64,000 nucleotides of DNA from positions 2,356,001-2,420,000 of the forward strand of contig JANJGN010000071.1 of assembly GCA_026770705.1 (NCBI GenBank), written 5' to 3'. How positions within the stretch are numbered: the first letter of the stretch is position 1; every line of letters starts with the position of its first letter. Below are positions 12,101-24,100 of this stretch, piece after piece. Below the pieces are notes generated by a model. It did not search any database. It worked only from the letters and a program-made list of their open reading frames with translations, and was not told the DNA's origin. Source of the DNA: Isurus oxyrinchus (lineage: Eukaryota). The translations under genes and the position numbers were made by a program.

Positions 12101-15100
12101 GCCATCTGTCTCTTTCCAGAGTGCTTACCCTGGTCCGCCCATTATCACACTCTGCTTAATGTCACCATTAGCACCTCCTTTATCCAATACCACCACTGTT
12201 AACAACCATTTGACCTTTTGTTTATGACATCTTCCACAATCTCTCCATTGCCTCCACCTATCGCTGGTTTTCTATCCAGCTCCACCTGTCCCATCGCCCC
12301 CCCTTAGACAGGATATATTTCACCACATGTCTACTTCCCTTTAGCTCTGAAGAGGAGTCTTACGGACTCCAAACGCTAACCCTGTCTTTCTCTCCACAGA
12401 TGCTGCCAGATGCTCAGAATCAGCTGGATGGACAGAAAGACCAATGAGTGGCTTAGATCAAGAGGAGACGTTCAGCAATTAAAAGGGTTGTTCAGGACAG
12501 TTAGAGAGAGAAAGTTCATCAAGTACGGAGATTGGAAACGAAGACCTGACAGCCTTGTCCTGACAACCATTGAAGGAGAAACTGAGAGCAAAAACAGAAA
12601 GGGAGAGGAAAAATTGGATGTGTGGATAACGTGGACTGAGCGAGGATTGAAGAAAACTGGATTAAAAACAACACGATCCCAATGGCTCCACGGAGACCAC
12701 GGAGACAACAACCAAACAAATGTATCTCCACACTCACAGTCCACAGTGATGGTTATGAACCCCTCCACTGCTCCATGTTCATTCTCTGCCACACACTGAT
12801 AGTCACAACCTGGGCCCCCTCTGACCTATCAGGTTGGGATAAACAATCCCAAGGGTCAATACAAGGAAGAGCTCTCCCTGCTCAATATCACTCATTAGAA
12901 AAGGACCAGTTTTGTCTTCAAGTGATGTTTGTGGGATCTTGCTCTGCACATTATATCCTAATACCGCTAATATAGAATAAAGGATGTCCATACTTACATT
13001 GTACAGTCAGTACGAGGGTCCGCTCCGATGAAACAGATGGATATCTCACTCTGCAGCTGAGAGTGTGTCCGTGGTGTTTGAGTGATGGGATCAGGGTCAG
13101 AACAGAAGTATAGGTCAGAGTGACACCATGCTGAGTTACAGTGTTTGAGACTGATCCAGGTACGTCAGTGGGAGTGTCCCAGGTTAAGACAGGTGCTGCT
13201 GTTCCATTGCACGTTGTGTTGAAGGTGCAGCTTACATCCACACGCTTTCCTGCAATAATTTCAGCAGGGAATATCGTGGGTTTATCTGTGAAATCTAACA
13301 GACAGAGAATGGATCCTTTTAGAGAAATATAACATGAAGCGTCAGCTCAAATAGAAACCACAGTCCCACAAGAGAAAGCACTTTTACAAGGATGATATCA
13401 GAACTGAGATGTTTCAACGATACTGATAGACTGTTAGACACAATTAGAGTGATCAATGGGAGTGGAATACATTTAATCATTGATATTAAAGTGAGTATTA
13501 GAGTTTGCTTTAGGACTGAACTGGAAGTAATCACGAGGTTATTGAGAATTAGACAGTGTGTTATAATAAGCTGTGTTTTGTGTTAATATGTAAACGTCAC
13601 AGTTTGTGTTATTTCCCATTGACTGTTGAATGTGAATTGTTGAGTAATTATAACACAGCACTTACCAGAAATGTGAAGCTGGGTTTCAGGGTAATAGTTA
13701 TGGCTCGGATCATTGTCAAATTCTATTCTGAATAAATAAGGTCCTTCATCTTCCCGTCTGATGCTGTTTATAATCAGGGAACAGTCGCCATCTTTCAAGT
13801 CTCCAGACAGCCGGGTCCGATGGTGGAACCGTGGTAACTCGTGACTGTGATCCTTGGAGTGAAAGGCAATGGGAGCCCAGGGAATCTGATTCTCATTATT
13901 AAACCAGACTCCACCTCGCGGTTGGTTTTCCAGACACGATTGATAACTGTAATGACATGGAATCTGTACACACGAACCTTCCTGCGCTGTCACCTCTCGT
14001 GGAGTGTCACCTTTCCACTCTTGTGAGGGTTCAGCTGGGGAGAGAAATCTCAATATTGAACTCTGGATGGTTTGTGGATCCACTGAACCCGATATTTACA
14101 GATGTGGCTGAATTGGGGGGATGGTCAATACTGAGGAGGACTGCAACAAATTACAGGAAGATATGCATTCTGATGAAGAGTCATACAGACTCGAAACGTT
14201 AACTCTGTCTTCCTCTCCACAGATGCTGTCAGACCTGCTGAGATTTTCCAGCAATTTTTGTTTTTGTTACAGATTTCCAGCATCTGGAGAATTTTGCCTT
14301 TATATTACAGGAAGGTATTAATTAACTTTCAGAATGGGCAGGTCATTGACAAATGAATTTCTACGTTAAATGGGAGGCATTACATTTTGTTCAGGAAAAT
14401 GAGAAGCTTGTTTATTACCTCGAAAATAAGAATCTAATTGGGGTAGAGGAACAACGTGATCTGGGGCAGAAATACAGGAATCACTAACCGTGGGGACACA
14501 GGTTAACAAGGGGATTAAACATACAAACTAAACACTCGAGATTATTTCTCCAGGGATTGAATTGAAAAGTAGAGAAGTGATGTGAAACTTGTCCTGAACC
14601 TTGGTCTGACTGCACCCGGAGTCACGTGTGCAGTTCTGGTCCCCATATTATATAAAGAATATAGAGACACTGGAGAGGGTGGTAAAAAGCTTCACAAGGA
14701 TGATCTCAGCAATGTGAGGCTTTACCTATCAGGAGAGGATGTACAGGCTGGGACTCTGTTCTCTTGAACAGAGAAGGTTGAGGGGTGACCTCATTTGACC
14801 TTTGAAGTAATGAAAGGTTTTGATCGAGTAGACATGGAGAGAGTGTTTCCACTCCTCACAATGAAGAAAACCAGAGGCTGACAATATAACATCCTCACTA
14901 ATAAATCCAATGGGGAATTCAGGAGAAACTTCTTTACCCAGAGAGTGGGGAGAATGTGTGGTTCAAGAATCACTTCATTGGCTGTGAAATTGATTTAGGA
15001 TTGTCCTGAAGTGGTGAAAGGCGCTATGGAAATGTGAGACTTGCTTTTGTATTTTGAAAGCAGGTTTCCAAGGATGAGATGGGAACTGAGAGGTAACAAC

Positions 15101-18100
15101 AATCAGCAGCAACTTTCCTATTTTCAAACTTGGTGGGGAATGTGTCACTGAGCTGAATACACTTTCACTCCCAGACCCTTGAATTGCCAACACTGGGGTG
15201 TGGGTGATGGAGCAGTCCACAGCTCATGGAACCCTGGCTCATCATTCTCTCAGAGATCTGGGTCACTGATCCCATTGCTCTCTATGGGATCTTCCTGTGA
15301 ACAAACTCACTGCCACGTTAGACAGTGATATTGATGGACACTGTCAACACATTTAATCATTCATGTTAAAGTGAGTATTAGAGGTTGCTTTAGGACTGAA
15401 TGGGAGCTATCACCAGGTTATTGAGAATCAGACAGTGTGTTATAATAAGCTGTGCTTTGTGTTAATATGTAAACGTCACAGTTTGTGTTATTTCCCATTG
15501 AGTGTTGAATGTGAATTGTTGAGTAATTATAACACAGCACTTACCAGAAACCTGAAGCTGGGTTACAGGGTAATAGTTATAGCTCGGACCATTGTCAAAT
15601 TCTATTCTGAAAAAATAAGGTCCTGCATCTTCCCGTCTGATGTTGTTTATAATCAGGGAACAGTTGCCATCTTTCAGGTCTCCAGACAGCCGGGTCCGAT
15701 TGTGGAACCGTGGTAACTCGTGACTGTGATCCTTGGAGTGAAAGGCAATGGGAGCCCAGGGAATCTGTTTCTCATTATTAAACCAGACTCCACCTCGCGG
15801 TTGGTTTTCCAGACACGATTGATAACTGTAATGACATGGAATCTGTACACACGAACCTTCCTGCACTGTCACCTCTCGTGGAGTGTCACCTTTCCACTCT
15901 TGTGAGGGTTCAGCTGGGGAGAGAAATCTCAATATTTAACACTGGATGCTTTGTGGATGCATTATCTATCCAATATTTACAGATGTTGCTGAATTGGGGG
16001 ATGGTCAATACTGAGGAGGACGTCAACAAATTACAGGAAGATATACATTCTGATGAAGAGTCATACAGATTCGAAACGTTAACTCTGTCTTCCGCTCCAC
16101 AGATATTGTCAGACCTGCTGAGTTTTTGCAGAATTTTTTGTTTTTGTTACAGATTTCCAGCATCTGCAGTATTTTGCTTTTACATTACTGGAAGATATTA
16201 ATAAACTTGCAGAATGGGCAGGTCATTGACAAATGAATTTCTACGTTAATAAATTTGAGGCATTACATTTTGTTCAGGAGAATGAGCAGCTTGTATCTTA
16301 CCTCGAAAATAAGAATCTAATTGGGGTAGAGGAACAACATGATCTGGGGCAGACATACAGGAATCAGTAAACGTGGGGACACAGGTTAACAAGGGGATTA
16401 AACATACAAACTAAACACTCGAGATTATTTCTCCAGGGATTGAATTGAAAAGTAGAGAAGAGATGTGAAACTTGTCCTGAACCTTGGTCTGACTGCACCT
16501 GGAGTTACGTGTGCAGTTCCGGTCCCCATATTGTAAAAAGGATGTGGATACACTGGAGAGGGTGGTAAAAAGCTTCACAAGGATGATCTCTGCAATGTGA
16601 GGCTTTACCTATCAGGAGAGGATGTAGAGGATGGGTCTCTGTTCTCTTGAACAGAGAAGGTTGAAGGGGTGACCTCATTTGACCTTTGAACTAATTAAAG
16701 GTTTTGATCGAGTAGACATGGAGAGAGTGTTTCCACTCGTCACAATGAACAAAACCTGAGTCTGACAATATAACATCCTCACTAATAAATCCAATGGGGA
16801 ATTCAGGAGAAACTTCTTTACCCAGAGAGTGGGGAGAATGTGTACTTTAAGAATTACTTCATTGGTTGTGAATTGATTTAGGATCGTCCTGAGGTGGTGA
16901 AAGGCGCTATGGAAATGCGAGACTTGCTTTTGTGTTTTGAAAGCAGGTATCCAAGAATGAGATGGGAACTGAGATGTAACAACAATCAGCAGCAATTTTC
17001 CTATTTTCAAACTTGGTGGGGAATGTGTCACTGAGCTGAATACACTTTCACTCCCAGACCCTTGAATTGCCAACACTGGGGTGTGGGTGATGGAGCAGTC
17101 CACAGCTCATGGAACCCTGGCTCATCATTCTCTCAGAGATCTGGGTCACTGATCCCATTGCTCTCTATGGGATCTTCCTGTGCACAAACTCACTGCCACG
17201 TTAGACAGTGACTATACTTCAAGAATTTCTTCATTGTCTGTGAAGTGAATTGTCATGTGCTGAGGTGGTGAAAGTCGCTACAGAAATGCAAGTCATTACT
17301 GTGTCGATTTGCCAGACTTTTAAATGGGGATTAGAGAAATCGATGGGAGTGGATAACCTGATAACATTGATGGACACAGTCAATACATTTTATCATTCAT
17401 GTTAAAGTAAATATTAGAGGTTGCTTTCGGACTGAGCTGGAAGCTACCACCAGGTTATTGAGAATCAGACGGTGTGTTATAATAAGCTGTGTTTTGTGTT
17501 AATATGTAAACGTCACAGTTTGTGTTATTTCCCATTGAGTGTTGAATGTGAATTGTTGAGTAATTATAACACAGCACTTACCAGAAACCTGAAGCTGGGT
17601 TACAGGGTAATAGTTATAGCTCGGACCATTGTCAAATTCTATTCTGAAAAAATAAGGTCCTTCATCTTCCCGTCTGATGTTGTTTATAATCAGAGAACAG
17701 TCGCTATCTTTCAGGTCTCCAGACAGCCGGGTCCGATGGTGGAACCGTGGTAACTCGTGACTGTGATCCTTGGAGTGAAAGGCTATGGGAGCCCAGGGAA
17801 TCTGTTTCTCATTATTAAACCAGACTCCACCTCGCGGTTGGTTTTCCAGACACGATGGATAACTGTAATGACATGGAATCTGTACACACGAACCTTCCTG
17901 TGCTGTCACCTCTCGTGGAGTGTCACCTTTCCACTCTTGTGAGGGTTCAGCTGGGGAGAGAAATCTCAATATTTAACACTGGATGCTTTGTGGATGCATT
18001 ATCTATCCAATATTTACAGATGTTGCTGAATTGGGGGATGGTCAATACTGAGGAGGACGTCAACAAATTACAGGAAGATATACATTCTGATGAAGAGTCA

Positions 18101-21100
18101 TACAGATTCGAAACGTTAACTCTGTCTTCCGCTCCACAGATATTGTCAGACCTGCTGAGTTTTTGCAGAATTTTTTGTTTTTGTTACAGATTTCCAGCAT
18201 CTGCAGTATTTTGCTTTTACATTACTGGAAGATATTAATAAACTTGCAGAATGGGCAGGTCATTGACAAATGAATTTCTACGTTAATAAATTTGAGGCAT
18301 TACATTTTGTTCAGGAGAATGAGCAGCTTGTATCTTACCTCGAAAATAAGAATCTAATTGGGGTAGAGGAACAACATGATCTGGGGCAGACATACAGGAA
18401 TCAGTAAACGTGGGGACACAGGTTAACAAGGGGATTAAACATACAAACTAAACACTCGAGATTATTTCTCCAGGGATTGAATTGAAAAGTAGAGAAGAGA
18501 TGTGAAACTTGTCCTGAACCTTGGTCTGACTGCACCTGGAGTTACGTGTGCAGTTCCAGTCCCCATATTGTAAAAAGGATGTGGAGACACTGGAGAGGGT
18601 GGTAAAAAGCTTCACAAGGATGATCTCAGCAATGTGAGGCTTTACCTATCAGGAGAGGATGAACAGGCTGGGACTCTGTTCTCTTGAACAGAGAAGGTTG
18701 AGGGGGTGACCTCATTTGACCTTTGAAGTAATTAAAGGTTTTGATCGAGTAGACATGGAGAGAGTGTTTCCACTCCTCACAATGAACAAAACCAGAGGCT
18801 GACAATATAACATCCTCACAAATAAATCCAATGGGGAATTCAGGAGAAACTTCTTTACCCAGAGAGTGGGGAGAATGTGTGCTTCAAGAATCACTTCATT
18901 GGCTGTGAATCAGTTTAGGATCGTCCTGAGGTGGTGAAAGGCGCTATGGAAATGCGAGACTTGCTTTTGTATTTTGAAAGCAGGTTTCCAAGGATGAGAT
19001 GGGAACTGAGAGGTCACAACAATCAGCAGCAACTTTCCTATTTTCAAACTTGGTGGGGAATGTGTCACTGAGCTGAATACACTTTCACTCCCAGACCCTT
19101 GAATTGCCAACACTGGGGTGTGGGTGATGGAGCAGCCCACAGCTCATGGAACCCTGGCTCATCATTCTCTCAGAGATCTGGGTCACTGATCCCATTGCCC
19201 TCTGTGGGATCTTCCTGTGCACAAACTCACTGCCACGTTAGTGACTATACTTCAAGAATTTCTTCATTGTCTGTGAAGTGAATTGTCATGTGCTGAGGTG
19301 GTGAAAGTCGCTACAGAAATGCAAGTCTTTACTGTGTCGATTTGCCAGACTTTTAAATGGGGATTAGAGAAATCGATGGGAGTGGATAACCTGATAACAT
19401 TGATGGACACAGTCAACACATTTTATCATTCATGTTAAAGTGAATATTAGAGGTTGCTTTCGGACTGAGCTGGAAGCTACCACCAGGTTATTGAGAATCA
19501 GACAGTGTGTTATAATAAGCTGTGTTTTGTGTTAATATGTAAATGTCACAGTTTGTGTTATTTCCCATTGAGTGCTGAATGTGAATTGTTGAGTAATTAT
19601 AACACAGCACTTACCAGAAACGTGAAGTTATGGCTCGGACCATTGTCAAATTCTATTCTGAAAAAATAAGGTCCTTCATCGTCCCGTCTGATGTTGTTTA
19701 TAATCAGGGAACAGTCACCATCTTTCAGGTCTCCAGACAGCCGGGTCCGATGGTGGAACCGTGGTAACTCGTGACTGTGATCCTTGGAGTGAAAGGCAAT
19801 GGGAGCCCAAGGAATCTGTTCCTCATTATTAAACCAGACTCCACTTCGCGGTTGGTTTTCCAGACACGATGGATAACTGTAGTGACATGGAATCTGTACA
19901 CACGAACCTTCCTGCGCTGTCACCTCTCGTGGAGTGTCACCTTTCCACTCTTGTGAGGTTCAGCTGGGGAGAGAAATCTCAATATTTCCCTCTAGATGGT
20001 TTGTGGATCCACTGAACCCGATATTTACAGATGAGGCTGAATTGGGGGGATGGTCAATACTGAGGAGGACTGCAACAAATTGCAGGATGATATACATTCT
20101 GATGAAGAGTCATACGGACTCGAAACATTAACTCTGTCTTCCTCTCCACAGATGCTGTCAGACCTGCTGTGTTTTTCCTGCAATTTTTCTTTTTGTTACA
20201 GATTTCCAGCATCTGGAGAATTTTGCCTTTATATTACAGGAAGGTATTAATAAACTTGCAGAATGGGCAGGTCATTGACAAATGAATTTCTACGTTAAAT
20301 GGGAGGCATTACATTTTGTTCAGGAAAATGAGAAGCTTGTATCTTACCTCGAAAATAAGAATCTAATTGGGGTAGAGGAACAACGTGATCTGGGGCAGAA
20401 ACACAGGAATCACTAACCGTGGGGACACAGGTTAACAAGGGGATTAAACATACAAACTAAACACTCGAGATTATTTCTCCAGGGATTGAATTGAAAAGTA
20501 GAGAAGTGATGTGAAACTTGTCCTGATCCTCGGTCTGTCTGCACCTGGAGTCACGTGTGCAGTTCCGGTCCCCATATTATATAAAGAATATAGAGACACT
20601 GGAGAGGGTGGTAAAAAGCTTCACAAGGATGATCTCAGCAATGTGGTAGTGTACCCATTAGTAGGAAAACATAATAATTTTCATAGTGGTAATTTAATTT
20701 ATTGTAAGCTAGGAATAGAGGGGTCTTGATANNNNNNNNNNNNNNNNNNNNNNNNNNNNNNNNNNNNNNNNNNNNNNNNNNNNNNNNNNNNNNNNNNNNN
20801 NNNNNNNNNNNNNNNNNNNNNNNNNNNNNNNNNNNNNNNNNNNNNNNNNNNNNNNNNNNNNNNNNNNNNNNNNNNNNNNNNNNNNNNNNNNNNNNNNNNN
20901 NNNNNNNNNAAATATGGCTGGGCTGAATGTTTTGAAGTCTCAGAAAAGAAGCTAAATTTGAAATGTTTAATAGGTAAACATAGCCAGAGTTTTAGAATGG
21001 GAGGTGCGAAAGGAGAATTTGCAATTTCTACATAGTCCTGAATTTCAATGAGGTGCTTAAATGTTACACCTAGTGAAGAGAGGCTAAGGCAAACAGCGTT

Positions 21101-24100
21101 TTTATTATTCACAATTTTACTGAGAAACTTGGTACCATGAAAGATTTCTATTATTGGAAATGTAAAGTCCAATGACATATTGGAACAATGGGGTTTACAT
21201 TCAGAAAGGGAGAAACATCTCTAAATGAGATTAGGTTATGTGTAAGGGAAGGCATTGAAAGATCTACAAGTGTGAAATGCCTCTGTGCCCCTAATTGCTG
21301 TCTGCAAGAACTGAAGGAAAGAAAATTCACTTTGAATTTAACTGTTCAGGGTATTGTGTTACTTCCTCTGAGGCTTTTTAAATCTGCTTGTTTTACTGTT
21401 GCTTTACCAGAGGAGTAACTGGGAGTCAGATTAATTAGGGAAGCTAAGAATTAGCATAGCAGTAATTTGTAGAACTGTGTATGTGTTTAAAATTATTTCT
21501 TTTACTAATAAATGCTGAATTTAGTTTTGCCAAAACCCTCTCGACCTGGTGGACTCATTACTACTGAATTCAAGGGGAACAACTCAACATAAAAATACAA
21601 CTTGCAAAACAGTTGTGGCAGCTGTTCCAAGTTTACTTTGGGATTTGAGCAGCTCAGCTTTTACCGTCTGCTGTGCCATAACACTATCAGGAGAGGAAGG
21701 ACGGTCCGGGCCTGGTTTCTCGTGAACAGAATAGATTGAAGAGGTGACCTTGGGGAGGTGGCTACGATTCTGAAATATGCTGACAGAGTCGACGCACAGA
21801 GAGAAAGTTTCCCCAGGTGGAGAGGAGGAAAAGCAGAGGCAGAAATTACCCCCCTCGGGGTGGGGGAGGTGGGGGGGGGTGTTGCCTGTGCAGGGTTGGC
21901 AGGGGTGGGCGTGAACCCGATTGGTGCCCCCGATCGAGGCTGTGCCGCCATTTGACGTGGGCCGGACAGTTCGGGCCCGCCCAGCGTGACGGGTGCCCGG
22001 GAGCGTGGGCGGGGGAGGGGAGGGGAGGGGGATTCCCTGAGGTGCCTCGGGGAGATGAGCTTCAGGTTTAAGACACGTCCCCTCATGTGACAGTGCCTCA
22101 TGAGCTGGGACATGCTCATCAGTTTTGATGGAACAATTTTGTGTAATGAAGGAAAACTTCAGGAAAGCTCCTCCGGCCTGCGGATGAGGCTCCATGAAAA
22201 CTACAAAGGATGCCTGGAGGTGAGACGAGCAGCCCTGATCCTTGTTTAAATGACTATTTCAATGTCCTTCACGGGCCTTGGACAATTGGGCGTGCAGGCT
22301 GCGACCCCCGCTGAACTGACATTCGAAATGATGCGCAGGGACGTTGGGACATCCGCCCGACATCATTTCACTGTACGCGAGCAGACCCCACCCACACTCA
22401 CCGAGACAAGAATTCCACCCCCCCTCCCCCCCACCCCCCCCCCCCTCCCCCCCGCCACCCCAGCAGGGACCAGCAAGGTATGAAATCCCAGCGGGAATTC
22501 AGGAGGAATTCCTTTCCCCAGGGCTGGGGAAAATGTGCAATTCAGCAATTATCTCATTGTCTGTGAAGTGATTTGGTGCATGCTTGAGGTGGTGAAAGGC
22601 GCTATAGGAATGCAAGTCTTTCGTTTGTTGATTTGTCGGACTTTTAAAAAGCATTAGGTAGACTGATGTGAGTGGATAACCTGATAACATTGATGGACAC
22701 AGTCAATACATTTAATTATTGATATTAAAGTGAGTATTAGAGGTTGCTTTAGGACTGAACTGGAAGCTATCACCAGGTTATTGAGAATCAGACAGTGTGT
22801 TACAATAAGCTGTGTTTTGTGTTAATATGTAAACGTCACAGTTTGTGTTATTTCCCATTGAGTGTTGAATGTGAATTGTTGAGTAATTATAACACAGCAC
22901 TTACCAGAAACATGAAGCTGGGATACAGGGTAATAGTTATGGCTCGGACCATTGTCAAATTCTATTCTGAAAAAATAAGGTCCTGCATCTTCCCGTCTGA
23001 TGTTGTTTATAATCAGGGAACAGTCGCCATCTTTCAGGTCTCCAGACAGCCGGGTCCGATGGCGGAACCGTGGTAACTCGTGACTGTGATCCTTGGAGTG
23101 AAAGGCTATAGACGATGTTCTCCATTCCTCATTATTAAACCAGACTCCATCTCGTGGCTGAATTTTCAAATCTGTTGGGTAACTGTAATTAAATGGAATC
23201 TGTACACAGGAACCTTCCTGCGCTGTCACCTCTCGTGGAGTGTCGCCTTTCCACTCTTGTGACAGTCCAACTGGGGAGAGAAATATCAATATTTAACTCT
23301 GGATGGTTTGTAGATCCACTAGACTCGATATCCACCCTCTCCATCACTGGGGCACGGTGGCTGCAGTGAGGACCATCTACAGGACACACATGGAATTCCC
23401 CAAGGTTTCACAATGGATTGAAGAGAATCCTGGACACAGGAGTGGACAAGTTCATTCTACATTGGCTCATGGTCCTCAGGACCCTGTTTAGTGAAGCCAG
23501 TCTTCCACCCAACACAGTGTCTACAAGATACACAGGGAAACTGTGTAAACATCTCATCTCTCTACACCGACTGGTTTGAGCTTCAGTTTAACTTTCAGTA
23601 TTTTTAAATTTCCATATTGTGGTTGCTATGGTGAAACTGTGCAGGAAGTGTGAGGGCTGGACTCTCTGTCTATTCTGACTGCAGCTGTGATGTAGTCGTG
23701 GTGGTTTTCAGTAAAATGAAACCCTCTGAGCTCCTCCATCCTCGAGGTTTAGGGAGTGAATTCCAGAGCTCAGGCCCCAGGCAGCTGAAGGCCCAGCCGC
23801 CAATATTGGAGTGATGGGAATCGGGGGATGGTCAAGAGGCCGGAATTGGAGTAACACAGAGATCTGGGACGTTGGTTGGGAGAGTTGCAGGAGGTGACAG
23901 AGATAAAGAGTCAGTTTGTGGCAATGGAGGCATTTCAACACAGTGCTCTGAATTTTATGTTTGTGATGTTGTAGGACCAGGAGTCAGAAAACACAGGGGT
24001 GAACGGAGAATGGGGTTTGGTGTGAGTTTGCACATTGGGTCACTGCTGAATCTGAACCCAAACAGAGCTCAGTAAGAATCTTAAGATTCTGCTTGAGCTA

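Larger units (their letters stand above)
13340..20645 (-). repeat. Tandem ~1.9-2.04-kb repeat (four V-exon-bearing units); units also carry a hammerhead-like Penelope end and a CR1 fragment
   Basis: V donors at 13666, 15545, 17582 and 19615 (spacing 1879, 2037, 2033); near-identical intron sequence; the last unit is truncated next to the gap. Confidence 0.9.

Noticed and set aside
13340-23270. V(D)J-like rearranging V segments
   Set aside because: Each V exon is complete through the G strand and ends in a GT donor; there is no CACAGTG heptamer with a 12/23 spacer and nonamer at the coding ends.
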